A stretch of 64,000 nucleotides of DNA from Eledone cirrhosa (GCA_964016885.1 OZ024740.1:28210001-28274000); one strand, 5' to 3'. Counted from the stretch's first letter, positions 1-15,400 are shown. Notes: generated by a model from the sequence alone, not told the origin. Made by a program: numbers and translations.

Positions 1-2770
1 TTCCTTTGAGTATATGTGATTTCCCTGACTATATGTGATGTTCCTGAGTATATGTGATTTTCCTGAGTATATGTGATTTCCTGAATATATGTGATTTTCC
101 AGAGTATATGTGATTTTTCTGTGTATATATAATTTTCCTGAGTATATGTGATTTTCCTGAGTATATGTGATTTCCCTGAGTATATGTGATTTTCCTCAGT
201 ATATGTGATTTTCCTGACAATATGTGATTTTCCTGAGTATATGTGATTTTCCTGAGTATGTGTGATTTCCCTGAGTATATGTGATTTTCATGAGTATATG
301 TGATATTCCTGAGTATATGTGATTTTTCTGACTATATGTGATTTTCCTGAGTATATGTGATCTTCCTGAGTATATGTGATTTTCCTGAGTATATGCGATT
401 TTCCTGAGTATATGTGATTTTCCTGAGTATATGAAATTTCCCTGAGTATATGTGATTTTCCTGACTATTTGTGATTTTCCTGACTATGTGATTTTCTTGA
501 CTATATGTGATTTTCCTGAGTATATGTGATTTTCCTGACTATATGTGATTTTCTTGAGTATATAAAATTTCCCTGAGTATATGTGATTTTCCTGAGTATA
601 TGTGATTTTCCTGACTATATGTGATTTTCCTGAGTATATGTGATTTCCCTGACTATATGTGATTTCCCTGAGTATATGTGATTTTCCTGAGTATATGTGA
701 TTTTCCTGAGTATATGTGATTTCCTTGACTATATGTGATTTTCCTGATTATATGTGATCTTCCTGAGTATATGTGATTTTCCTGAGTATATGTGATTTCC
801 CTGAGTATATGTGATTTTCCTGAGTATATGTGATTTTCATGACTATATGTGATTTTCCTGAGTATATGTGATTTTCATGATTATGTGATTTTCCTGACAA
901 TATGTGATTTTCCTGAGTATATGTGATTTTCCTGAGTATATGTGATTTTCCTGAGTATATGTGATTTTCTTGAGTATATGTGATTTCCCTGAGTATATGT
1001 GATTTCCCTGAGTATATGTGATTTTCCTGACTATTTGTGATTTTCCTGACTATGTGATTTTCTTGACTATATGTGATTTTCCTGAGTATATGTGATTTTG
1101 CTGACTATATGTGATTTTCCTGAGTATATAAAATTTCCCTGAGTATATGTGATTTTCATGACTATATGTGATTTCCCTGACTATATGTGATTTCCCTGAC
1201 GATATGTGATTTTCCTAACTATATGTGATTTTCCTGACTATATGAGATTTTCCTGAGTATATGTGATTTTCCTGACTATATGTAATTTTCCTGAGTATAC
1301 GTGATTTACCTGACTAGAAGTGATTTTTCTGAGTATATGTGATTTCCCTGACTATATGTGATTTTCCTGAATATATGTGATTTTCTTGACAATATGTGAT
1401 TTTCCTGAGTATATGCGATTTTCCTGAGTATATGTGATTTCCCTGAGTATATGTGATTTTCCTGGCTATATGTGATTTTCCTGAGTATATGTGATTTTCC
1501 TGCGTATATGTGATTTTCCTGAGTATATGTGATTTTCCTGAGTATATGTGATTTCCCTGAGTATATATGATTTAACTGAGTATACGTGATTTTCCTGAGT
1601 ATATGTAATTCCTTTGAGTATATGTGATTTCCCTGACTATATGTGATGTTCCTGAGTATATGTGATTTTCCTGAGTATATGTGATTTCCTGAATATATGT
1701 GAATTTCCAGAGTATATGTGATTTTTCTGTGTATATATAATTTTCCTGAGTATATGTGATTTTCCTGAGTATATGTGATTTCCCTGAGTATATGTGATTT
1801 TCCTCAGTATATGTGATTTTCCTGACAATATGTGATTTTCCTGAGTATATGTGATTTTCCTGAGTATGTGTGATTTCCCTGAGTATATGTGATTTTCATG
1901 AGTATATGTGATATTCCTGAGTATATGTGATTTTTCTGACTATATGTGATTTTCCTGAGTATATGTGATCTTCCTGAGTATATGTGATTTTCCTGAGTAT
2001 ATGCGATTTTCCTGAGTATATGTGATTTTCCTGAGTATATGAAATTTCCCTGAGTATATGTGATTTTCCTGACTATTTGTGATTTTCCTGACTATGTGAT
2101 TTTCTTGACTATATGTGATTTTCCTGAGTATATGTGATTTTCCTGACTATATGTGATTTTCTTGAGTATATAAAATTTCCCTGAGTATATGTGATTTTCC
2201 TGAGTATATGTGATTTTCCTGACTATATGTGATTTTCCTGAGTATATGTGATTTCCCTGACTATATGTGATTTCCCTGAGTATATGTGATTTTCCTGAGT
2301 ATATGTGATTTTCCTGAGTATATGTGATTTCCTTGACTATATGTGATTTTCCTGATTATATGTGATCTTCCTGAGTATATGTGATTTTCCTGAGTATATG
2401 TGATTTCCCTGAGTATATGTGATTTTCCTGAGTATATGTGATTTTCATGACTATATGTGATTTTCCTGAGTATATGTGATTTTCATGATTATGTGATTTT
2501 CCTGACAATATGTGATCTTCCTGAGTATATGTGATTTTCCTGAGTATATGTGATTTTCCTGAGTATATGTGATTTTCTTGAGTATATGTGATTTCCCTGA
2601 GTATATGTGATTTCCCTGAGTATATGTGATTTTCCTGACTATTTGTGATTTTCCTGACTATGTGATTTTCTTGACTATATGTGATTTTCCTGAGTATATG
2701 TGATTTTGCTGACTATATGTGATTTTCCTGAGTATATAAAATTTCCTGAGTATATGTGATTTTCATGACT
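1..2770. repeat. Higher-order duplication with 1608-bp period
   Basis: TTCCTTTGAG starts at 1 and 1609. Near-identical ORFs start at 29 and 1637 (offset 1608). The variant order matches from about 1-1160 to about 1609-2770. Confidence 0.9.
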
Positions 2771-4729
2771 ATATGTGATTTTCCTGAGTATATGTGATTT
2801 TCCTGACTATTTGTGATTTTCCTGACAATATGTGATTTTCCTGAGTATGTGTGATTTTCATGAGTATATGTGATTTTCCTGAGTATATGTGATCTTCCTG
2901 AGTATATGTGATTTTCCTGAGTATATGTGATTTTCCTGAGTATATGTGATCTTCCTGAGTATATGTGATTTTCCTGAGTATATGTGATTTCCCTGAATAT
3001 ATATGTGATTTTCCTGAGTATATGTGATTTTCCTGACTATATGTGATTTTCCTGACAATATGTGATTTTCCTGAGTATGTGTGATTTCCCTGAGTATATG
3101 TGATTTTCATGAGTATATGTGATATTCCTGAGTATATGTGATTTTCCTGACTATATGTGATTTTCCTGAGTATATGTGATCTTCCTGAGTATATGCGATT
3201 TTCCTGAGTATATGTGATTTCCCTGAGTATATGTGACATTCCTGAGTATATTTTATTTTCCTGAGTATTTGATTTTCCTGACTATATGTGATTTTCATGA
3301 GTATATGACATCTTCCTGAGTATATGTGATTTTCCTGAGTATATGCGATTTTCCTGAGTATATGTGATTTTCCTGAGTATATGTGATTTTCCTGAGTATA
3401 TGTGATTTTCCTGAGTATATGCGATTTTCCTGAGTATATGTGATTTTCCTGAGTATATGTGATTTATTTAAGTATATGTGATTTCCCTGACTATATGTCA
3501 TTTTCCTGAGTATATGTGATTTCCCTGAGTATATGTGATTTTCCTGAGTATATGTTATTATCCTGAGTATTTGATTTTCCTGACTATTTGTGATTTTCCT
3601 GACTATATGTGATTTTCCTGAGTATATGTGATCTTCCTGAGTATATGTGATTTTCCTGAGTATATGCGATTTTCCTGAGTATATGTGATTTTCCTGACTA
3701 TATGTGATTTTCCTGAGTATATGTGATTTTCCTGAGTATATGTGATTTTGCTGACTATATGTGATTTTCCTGAGTATATGTGATTTCCCTGAGTATATGT
3801 GATTTTCCTGAGTATATGTGATTTTCCTGACTATATGTGATTTTCCTGAGTATATGTGATTTTCCTGACTATATGTGATTTTCCTAAGTATATGTGATTT
3901 TCCTGACTATATGTGATTTTCCTGACAATATGTGATTTTCCTGAGTATGTGTGATTTCAATGAGTATATGTGATTTTCATGAGTATATGAGATATTCCTG
4001 AGTATATGTGATTTTCCTGACTATATGTGATTTTCCTGAGTATATGTGATCTTCCTGAGTATATGTGATTTTCCTGAGTATATGCGATTTTCCTGAGTAT
4101 ATGTGATTTTCCTGAGTATATGTGATTTATTTGAGTATACGTGATTTCCCTGACTATATGTAATTTTCCTGAGTATATGTGATTTCCCTGAGTATATGTG
4201 ATTTTCCTGAGTATATGTTATTTTCCTGAGTATTTGATTTTCCTGACTATTTGTGATTTTCCTGACTATATGTGATTTTCCTGAGTATATCTGATCTTCC
4301 TGAGTATATGTGATTTTCCTGAGTATATGCGATTTTCCTGAGTATATGTGATTTTTCTGACTATATGTGATCTTTCTGAGTATATGTGATTTCCCTGAGT
4401 ACATGTGATTTTGCTGACTATTTGTGATTTTCCTGAGTATATGTGATTTTCCTAACTATATGTGATATTCCTGAGTATATGTGATATTCCTGAGTATATG
4501 TGATTTTCCTGAGTATAGGCGATTTTCCTGAGTATACGTGATTTTTCTGACTATATGTGATCTTCCTCAGTATATGTGATTTCCCGCAATATATGTGATT
4601 TTCCTGAGTGTATGTGATCTCCCTGAATATATGTGATTTTCCTGAGTATATGTGATTTTCCTGAGTATATGTGATTTCCCTGAGTATATGTGATTTTCCT
4701 GAGTATATGTGATTTTCCTGAGTATATGT

Positions 4730-5410
4730 GATTTCCCTGACTATATGTGATTTCCCTGACGATATGTGATTTTCCTAACTATATGTGATTTTCCTGACTA
4801 TATGAGATTTTCCTGAGTATATGTGATTTTCCTGACTATATGTAATTTTCCTGAGTATATGTGATTTACCTGACTAGAAGTGATTTTTCTGAGTATATGT
4901 GATTTACCTGACTATATGTGATTTTCCTGAATATATGTGATTTTCTTGACAATATGTGATTTTCCTGAGTATATGCGATTTTCCTGAGTATATGTGATTT
5001 CCCTGAGTATATGTGATTTTCCTGGCTATATGTGATTTTCCTGAGTATATGTGATTTTCCTGCGTATATGTGATTTTCCTGAGTATATGTGATTTTCCTG
5101 AGTATATGTGATTTCCCTGAGTATATATGATTTAACTGAGTATACGTGATTTTCCTGAGTATATGTAATTCCTTTGAGTATATGTGATTTCCCTGACTAT
5201 ATGTGATGTTCCTGAGTATATGTGATTTTCCTGAGTATATGTGATTTCCTGAATATATGTGATTTTCCAGAGTATATGTGATTTTTCTGTGTATATATAA
5301 TTTTCCTGAGTATATGTGATTTTCCTGAGTATATGTGATTTCCCTGAGTATATGTGATTTTCCTCAGTATATGTGATTTTCCTGACAATATGTGATTTTC
5401 CTGAGTATAT
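4730..5410. repeat. Displaced copy (offset 3560 bp) of the variant block at about 1170-1850
   Basis: Rare markers TGACTAGAAG (1311, 4871), TTTAACTGAG (1571, 5131) and GACGATATG (about 1198, 4758) all recur at +3560, as do the ORFs at 1637 and 5197. Confidence 0.9.
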
Positions 5411-5479
5411 GTGATTTTCCTGAGTATATGTGATTTTCCTGAGTATATGTGATTTTCTTGAGTATATGTGATTTTCCTG

Positions 5480-8400
5480 AGTATATGTGATTTCCCTGAG
5501 TATATGTGATTTTCCTGACTATTTGTGATTTTCCTGACTATATGATTTTTTTGACTATAACTGATTTTCCTGAGTATATGTGATTTTCCTGACTATATGT
5601 GATTTTCCTGAGTATATAAAATTTCCCTGAGTATATGTGATTTTCCTGAGTATATGTAATTTCCCTGAGTATATGTGATTTTCCTGAGTATATGTGATCT
5701 CCTGACTATATGTGATTTTCCTGAGTATATGTGATTTCCCTGACTATATGTGACTTCCCTGAGTATATGTGATTTTCCTGAGTATACGTGATTTTCCTGA
5801 GTTTATGTGATTTCCCTGACTATATGTGATTTTCATGATTATATGTGATCTTCCTGAGTATATGTGATTTTCCTGAGTATATGTGATTTCCCTGAGTATA
5901 TGTGATTTTCCTGAGTATATGTGATTTTCATGACTATATGTGATTTTCCTGAGTATATGTGATTTTCATGACTATGTGATTTTCCTGACAATATGTGATT
6001 TTCCTGAGTATATGTGATTTTCCTGAGTATATGTGATTTTCCTGAGTATATGTGATTTTCTTGAGTATATGTGATTTTCCTGAGTATATGTGATTTCCCT
6101 GAGTATATGTGATTTCCCTGACTATATGTGATTTCCCGGAGTATATGTGATTTTCCTGAGTATATGTGATTTTCCTGACTATGTGATTTTCTTGACTATA
6201 TGTGATTTTCCTGAGTATATGTGATTTTGCTGACTATATGTGATTTTCCTGAGTATATAAAATTTCCCTGAGTATATCTGATTTTCCTGAGTATATGTGA
6301 TTTTCCTGACTATATGTGCTTTTCCTGAGTATATGTGATTTCCCTGACTATATGTGATTTCCCGGAGTATATGTGATTTTCATGAGTATATGTGATTTTC
6401 CTGAGTATATGTGATCTTCCTGAGTATATGTGATTTTCCTCAGTATATCTGATTTTCCTGAGTATATGTGATCTTCCTGAGTATATGTGATTTTCCTGAG
6501 TATATGTGATTTCCCTGAGTATATGTGATTTTCCTGAGTATATGTGATTTTCCTGACTATATGTGATTTTCCTGACAATATGTGATTTTCCTGAGTATGT
6601 GTGATTTCCCTGAGTATATATGATTTTCATAAGTATACGTGATTTTCCTGAGTATATGTAATTTCTTTGAGTATATGTGATTTCCCTGACTATATGTGAT
6701 GTTCCTGAGTATATGTGATCTTCCTGAGTATATGTGATTTTCCTGAGTATAGGCGATTTTCCTGAGTATATGTGATTTTTCTGACTATATGTGATCTTCC
6801 TGAGTATATGTGATTTCCCTGAGTATATGTGATTTTCCTGAGTATATATGATTTTCATGAGTATATGTGATTTTCCTGAGTATATGTGATTTCCCTGAAT
6901 ATATGTGATTTTCCAGAGTATATGTGATTTTTCTGTGTATATATAATTTTCCTGAGTATATATGACTTTCCTGAGTATATGTGATTTCCCTGAGTATATG
7001 TGATTTTCCTCAGTATACGTGATTTTCCTGACAATATTTGATTTTCCTGAGTATATGTGATTTTCCTGAGTTTATGTGATTTTCCTGAGTATATGTGATT
7101 TTCTTGAGTATATGTGATTTTCCTGAGTATATGTGATTTCCCTGAGTATATGTGATTTTCCTGACTATTTGTGATTTTCCATACTATGTGATTTTCTTGA
7201 CTATATGTGATTTTCCTGAGTATATAAAATTTCCCTGAGTATATGTGATTTTCCTGAGTATATGTGATTTTCCTGACTATATGTGATTTTTCTGAGTATA
7301 TGTGATTTCCCTGACTATATGTGATTTTCCTGAGTATATGTAATTTCCCTGAGTATATGTGATTTTCCTGAGTATATGTGATCTCCTGACTATATGTGAT
7401 TTTCCTGAGTATATGTGATTTTCCTGAGTATATGTGATTTCCCTGAGTATATGTGATTTCCCTGAGTATATGTGATTTTCCTGACTATTTGTGATTTTCC
7501 TGACTATATGATTTTTTTGACTATAACTGATTTTCCTGAGTATATGTGATTTTCCTGACTATATGTGATTTTCCTGAGTATATAAAATTTCCCTGAGTAT
7601 ATGTGATTTTCCTGAGTATATGTAATTTCCCTGAGTATATGTGATTTTCCTGAGTATATGTGATCTCCTGACTATATGTGATTTTCCTGAGTATATGTGA
7701 TTTCCCTGACTATATGTGATTTCCCTGAGTATATGTGATTTTCCTAAGTATACGTGATTTTCCTGAGTTTATGTGATTTCCCTGACTATATGTGATTTTC
7801 ATGATTATATGTGATCTTCCTGAGTATATGTGATTTTCCTGAGTATATGTGATTTCCCTGAATATATGTGATTTTCCTGAGTATATGTGATTTTCATGAC
7901 TATATGTGATTTTCCTGAGTATATGTGATTTTCATGACTATGTGATTTTCCTGACAATATGTGATTTTCCTGAGTATATGTGATTTTCCTGAGTATATGT
8001 GATTTTCCTGAGTATATGTGATTTTCTTGAGTATATGTGATTTTCCTGAGTATATGTGATTTCCCTGAGTATATGTGATTTCCCTGACTATATGTGATTT
8101 CCCGGAGTATATGTGATTTTCCTGAGTATATGTGATTTTCCTGACTATGTGATTTTCTTGACTATATGTGATTTTCCTGAGTATATGTGATTTTGCTGAC
8201 TATATGTGATTTTCCTGAGTATATAAAATTTCCCTGAGTATATCTGATTTTCCTGAGTATATGTGATTTTCCTGACTATATGTGCTTTTCCTGAGTATAT
8301 GTGATTTCCCTGACTATATGTGATTTCCCGGAGTATATGTGATTTTCATGAGTATATGTGATTTTCCTGAGTATATGTGATCTTCCTGAGTATATGTGAT

Positions 8401-10350
8401 TTTCCTCAGTATATCTGATTTTCCTGAGTATATGTGATCTTCCTGAGTATATGTGATTTTCCTGAGTATATGTGATTTCCCTGAGTATATGTGATTTTCC
8501 TGAGTATATGTGATTTTCCTGACTATATGTGATTTTCCTGACAATATGTGATTTTCCTGAGTATGTGTGATTTCCCTGAGTATATATGATTTTCATAAGT
8601 ATACGTGATTTTCCTGAGTATATGTAATTTCTTTGAGTATATGTGATTTCCCTGACTATATGTGATGTTCCTGAGTATATGTGATCTTCCTGAGTATATG
8701 TGATTTTCCTGAGTATAGGCGATTTTCCTGAGTATATGTGATTTTTCTGACTATATGTGATCTTCCTGAGTATATGTGATTTCCCTGAGTATATGTGATT
8801 TTCCTGAGTATATATGATTTTCATGAGTATATGTGATTTTCCTGAGTATATGTGATTTCCCTGAATATATGTGATTTTCCAGAGTATATGTGATTTTTCT
8901 GTGTATATATAATTTTCCTGAGTATATATGACTTTCCTGAGTATATGTGATTTCCCTGAGTATATGTGATTTTCCTCAGTATACGTGATTTTCCTGACAA
9001 TATTTGATTTTCCTGAGTATATGTGATTTTCCTGAGTTTATGTGATTTTCCTGAGTATATGTGATTTTCTTGAGTATATGTGATTTTCCTGAGTATATGT
9101 GATTTCCCTGAGTATATGTGATTTTCCTGACTATTTGTGATTTTCCTGACTATGTGATTTTCTTGACTATATGTGATTTTCCTGAGTATATAAAATTTCC
9201 CTGAGTATATGTGATTTTCCTGAGTATATGTGATTTTCCTGACTATATGTGATTTTTCTGAGTATATGTGATTTCCCTGACTATATGTGATTTTCCTGAG
9301 TATATGTAATTTCCCTGAGTATATGTGATTTTCCTGAGTATATGTGATCTCCTGACTATATGTGATTTTCCTGAGTATATGTGATTTTCCTGAGTATATG
9401 TGATTTCCCTGAGTATATGTGATTTCCCTGAGTATATGTGATTTTCCTGACTATTTGTGATTTTCTTGACTATATGATTTTTTTTACTATAACTGATTTT
9501 CCTGAGTATATGTGATTTTCCTGACTATATGTGATTTTCCTGAGTATATAAAATTTCCCTGAGTATATGTGATTTTCCTGAGTATATGTAATTTCCCTGA
9601 GTATATGTGATTTTCCTGAGTATATGTGATCTCCTGACTATATGTGATTTTCCTGAGTATATGTGATTTCCCTGACTATATGTGATTTCCCTGAGTATAT
9701 GTGATTTTCCTGAGTATACGTGATTTTCCTGAGTTTATGTGATTTCCCTGACTATATGTGATTTTCATGATTATATGTGATCTTCCTGAGTATATGTGAT
9801 TTTCCTGAGTGTATGTGATTTCCCTGAGTATATGTGATTTTCCTGAGTATATGTGATTTTCATGACTATATGTGATTTTCCTGAGTATATGTGATTTTCA
9901 TGACTATGTGATTTTCCTGACAATATGTGATTTTCCTGAGTATATGTGATTTTCCTGAGTATATGTGATTTTCCTGAGTATATGTGATTTTCTTGAGTAT
10001 ATGTGATTTTCCTGAGTATATGTGATTTCCCTGAGTATATGTGATTTCCCTGACTATATGTGATTTCCCGGAGTATATGTGATTTTCCTGAGTATATGTG
10101 ATTTTCCTGACTATGTGATTTTCTTGACTATATGTGATTTTCCTGAGTATATGTGATTTTGCTGACTATATGTGATTTTCCTGAGTATATAAAATTTCCC
10201 TGAGTATATCTGATTTTCCTGAGTATATGTGATTTTCCTGACTATATGTGCTTTTCCTGAGTATATGTGATTTCCCTGACTATATGTGATTTCCCGGAGT
10301 ATATGTGATTTTCATGAGTATATGTGATTTTCCTGAGTATATGTGATTTC
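5480..10350. repeat. HOR domain with 1966-bp period (about 2.5 copies)
   Basis: Identical ORF pairs at 6310/8276 and 6348/8314. The GTGCTTTT marker C lies at 6319, 8285 and 10251 (spacing 1966 each). Confidence 0.92.
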
Positions 10351-11700
10351 CCTGACTATATGTGATTTCCCTGAGTATATGTGATTTTCCTGAGTATATG
10401 TGATTTTCCTGAGTATATGTGATTTCCCTGACTATATGTGATTTTCGTGATTATATGTGATCTTCCTGAGTATATGTGATTTTCCTGAGTATATGTGATT
10501 TCCCTGAGTATATGTGATTTTCCTGAGTATATGTGATTTTCATCACTATATGTGATTTTCCTGAGTATATGTGATTTTCATGACTATGTGATTTTCCTGA
10601 CAATATGTGATTTTCCTGAGTATATGTGATTTTCCTGAGTATATGAGATTTTCCTGAGTATATGTGATTTTCTTGAGTATATGTGATTTTCGTGAGTATA
10701 TGTCATTTCCCTGAGTATATGTGATTTTCCTGACTATTTGTGATTTTCCTGACTATGTGATTTTCTTGACTATATGTGATTTTCCTGAGTATATGTGATT
10801 TTCCTGACTATATGTGATTTTCCTGAGTATATGTGATTTTCCTGAGTATATGTGATTTTCCTGAGTATATGTGATTTTCTTGAGTATATGTGATTTTCCT
10901 GAGTATATGTGATTTCCCTGAGTATATGTGATTTCCCTGACTATATGTGATTTCCCGGAGTATATGTGATTTTCCTGAGTATATGTGATTTTCCTGACTA
11001 TGTGATTTTCTTGACTATATGTGATTTTCCTGAGTATATGTGATTTTGCTGACTATATGTGATTTTCCTGAGTATATAAAATTTCCCTGAGTATATCTGA
11101 TTTTCCTGAGTATATGTGATTTTCCTGACTATATGTGCTTTTCCTGAGTATATGTGATTTCCCTGACTATATGTGATTTCCCGGAGTATATGTGATTTTC
11201 ATGAGTATATGTGATTTTCCTGAGTATATGTGATTTCCCTGACTATATGTGATTTCCCTGAGTATATGTGATTTTCCTGAGTATATGTGATTTTCCTGAG
11301 TATATGTGATTTCCCTGACTATATGTGATTTTCGTGATTATATGTGATCTTCCTGAGTATATGTGATTTTCCTGAGTATATGTGATTTCCCTGAGTATAT
11401 GTGATTTTCCTGAGTATATGTGATTTTCATCACTATATGTGATTTTCCTGAGTATATGTGATTTTCATGACTATGTGATTTTCCTGACAATATGTGATTT
11501 TCCTGAGTATATGTGATTTTCCTGAGTATATGAGATTTTCCTGAGTATATGTGATTTTCTTGAGTATATGTGATTTTCGTGAGTATATGTCATTTCCCTG
11601 AGTATATGTGATTTTCCTGACTATTTGTGATTTTCCTGACTATGTGATTTTCTTGACTATATGTGATTTTCCTGAGTATATGTGATTTTCCTGACTATAT
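9950..11700. repeat. 887-bp tandem duplication
   Basis: GTGCTTTT marker at 10251 and 11138, and TTCGTGATTA marker C at 10446 and 11333, both offset by 887. Confidence 0.88.
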
Positions 11701-12449
11701 GTGATTTTCCTGAGTATATAAAATTTCCCTGAGTATATGTGATTTTCTTGAGTATATGTGATTTTCCTGACTATATGTGATTTTCCTGAGTATATGTGAT
11801 TTCCCTGACTATATGTTATTTCCCGGAGTATATGTGATTTCCATGAGTATATGTGATTTTCCTGAGTATATGTGATCTTCCTGAGTAAATATGATTTTCC
11901 TGAGTATATGTGATTTTCCTGAGTATATGTGATCTTCCTGAGTATATGTGATTTACCTGAGTATATGTGATTTCCCTGAGTATGTGTGATTTTCCTGAGT
12001 ATATGTGATTTTCCTTATTATATGTGATTTTCCTGAGTATACGTGATTTTCATGACTATATGTGATTTTCCTGAGTATATGTGATTTTCCTGACTATATG
12101 TGATTTTCCTGAGTATATGTGATTTTCCTGACTATATGTGATTTTCCTGAGTTTATGTGATTTTCCTGACTATATGTGATATTCCTGAGTATATGTGATT
12201 TTCCTGACTATATGTGATTTTCCTGAGTATATGTGATCTTCCTGAGTATATGTGATTTTCCTGAGTATATGCGATTTTCCTGAGTATATGTGATTTTCCT
12301 GAGTATATGTGATTTATTTGAGTATATGTGATTTCCCTGACTATATGTGATTTTCCTGAGTATATGTGATTTCCCTGAGTATATGTGATTTTCCTGAGTA
12401 TATGTTATTTTCCTGAGTATTTGATTTTCCTGACTATTTGTGATTTTCC

Positions 12450-15400
12450 TGACTATATGTGATTTTCCTGAGTATATGTGATTTTCCTCAGTATATGTGA
12501 TTTTCCTGACAATATTTGATTTTCCTGAGTATATGTGATTTTCCTGAGTATATGTGATTTTCCTGAGTATATGTGATTTTCTTGAGTATATGTGATTTTC
12601 CTGAGTATATGTGATTTCCCTGAGTATATGTGATTTTCCTGACTATTTGTGATTTTCCTGACTATGTGATTTTCTTGACTATATGTGATTTTCCTGAGTA
12701 TATGTGATTTTCCTGACTATATGTGATTTTCCTGAGTCATATAAAATTTCCCTGAGTATATGTGATTTTCCTGAGTATATGTGATTTTCCTGACTATATG
12801 TGATTTTCCTGAGTATATGTGATTTCCCTGACTATATGTGATTTTCCTGAGTATATCTAATTTCCCTGAGTATATGTGATTTTCCTGAGTATATGTGATT
12901 TCCCTGACTATATGTGATTTTCATGATTATATGTGATCTTCCTGAGTATATGTGATTTTCCTGAGTATATGTGATTTCCCTGAGTATATGTGATTTTCCT
13001 GAGTATATGTGATTTTCATGACTATATGTGATTTTCCTGAGTATATGTGATTTTCATGACTATGTGATTTTCTGACAATATGTGATTTTCCTGAGTATAT
13101 GTGATTTTCTGAGTATATGTGATTTTCCTGAGTATATGTGATTTTCTTGAGTATATGTGATTTTCCTGAGTATATGTGATTTCCCTGAGTATATGTGATT
13201 TTCCTGACTATTTGTGATTTTCCTGACTATGTGATTTTCTTGACTATATGTGATTTTCCTGAGTATATGTGATTTTGCTAACTATATGTGATTTTCCTGA
13301 GTATATAAAATTTCCCTGTGTATATGTGATTTTCCTGAGTATATGTGATTTTCCTGACTATATGTGCTTTTCCTGAGTATATGTGATTTCCCTGACTATA
13401 TGTGATTTCCCGGAGTATATGTGATTTTCATGAGTATATGTGATTTTCATGAGTATATGTGATCTTCCTGAGTATATGTGATTTTCCTGAGTATATGTGA
13501 TTTTCCTGAGTATATGTGATCTTCCTGAGTAATGTGATATTCCTGAGTATATGTGATTTCCCTGAGTATATGTGATTTTCCTGAGTATATGTGATTTTCC
13601 TGACTTTATGTGATTTTCCTGAGTATATGTGATTTTCATGACATGTGATTTTCCTGAGTATATGTGATTTTCCTGACTATATGTGATTTTCCTGACAATA
13701 TGTGATTTTCCTGAGTATGTGTGATTTTCATGAGTATATGTGATTTTCATGAGTATACGTGATTTTCCTGAGTATATGTATTTCTTTGAGTATATGTGAT
13801 TTCTCTGACTATATGTGATGTTCCTGAGTATATGTGATCTTCCTGAGTATATGTGATTTTCCTGAGTATAGGTGATCTTCCTGACTATATGTGATTTTTC
13901 TGACTATATGTGATCTTCCTGAGTATATGTGATTTCCCTGAGTATATGTGATTTTCCTGAGTATATATGATTTTCCTGAGTATATGTGATTTTCCTGAGT
14001 ATATGTGATTTCCCTGAATATATGTGATTTTCCAGAGTATATGTGATTTTTCTGTGTATATATAATTTTCCTGAGTATATGTGACTTTCCTGAGTATATG
14101 TGATTTCCCTGAGTATATGTGATTTTCCTCAGTATATGTGATTTTCCTGACAATATTTGATTTTCCTGAGTATATGTGATTTTCCTGAGTATATGTGATT
14201 TTCCTGAGTATATGTGATTTTCTTGAGTATATGTGATTTTCCTGAGTATATGTGATTTCCCTGAGTATATGTGATTTTCCTGACTATTTGTGATTTTCCT
14301 GACTATGTGATTTTCTTGACTATATGTGATTTTCCTGAGTATATGTGATTTTCCTGACTATATGTGATTTTCCTGAGTATATAAAATTTCCCTGAGTATA
14401 TGTGATTTTCCTGAGTATATGTGATTTTTCTGACTATATGTGATTTTCCTGAGTATATGAGATTTCCCTGACTATATGTGATTTTCCTGAGTATATCTAA
14501 TTTCCCTGAGTATATGTGATTTTCCTGAGTATATGTGATTTCCCTGACTATATGTGATTTTCATGATTATATGTGATCTTCCTGAGTATATGTGATTTTC
14601 CTGAGTATATGTGATTTCCCTGAGTATATGTGATTTTCCTGAGTATATGTGATTTTCATGACTATATGTGATTTTCCTGAGTATATGTGATTTTCATGAC
14701 TATGTGATTTTCTTGACAATATGTGATTTTCCTGAGTATATGTGATTTTCCTGAGTATATGTGATTTTCCTGAGTATATGTGATTTTCTTGAGTATATGT
14801 GATTTTCCTGAGTATATGTGATTTCCCTGAGTATATGTGATTTTCCTGACTATTTGTGATTTTCCTGACTATGAGATTTTCTTGACTATATGTGATTTTC
14901 CTGAGTATATGTGATTTTGCTGACTATATGTGATTTTCCTGAGTATATAAAATTTCCCTGAGTATATGTGATTTTCCTGAGTATATGTGATTTTCCTGAC
15001 TATATGTGCTTTTCCTGAGTATATGTGATTTCCCTGACTATATGTGATTTCCCGGAGTATATGTGATTTTCATGGGTATATGTGATTTTCCTGAGTATAT
15101 GTGATCTTCCTGAGTATATGTGATTTTCCCGAGTATATGTGATTTTCCTGAGTATATGTGATCTTCCTGAGTATATGTGATTTTCCTGAGTATATGTGAT
15201 TTCCCTGAGTATATGTGATTTTCCTGAGTATATGTGATTTTCCTGACTATATGTGATTTTTCTGACAATATGTGATTTTCCTGAGTATGTGTGATTTCCC
15301 TGAGTATATGTGATTTTCATGAGTATATGTGATATTCCTGAGTATATGTGATTTTCCTGACTATATGTGATTTTCCTGAGTATATGTGATCTTCCTGAGT

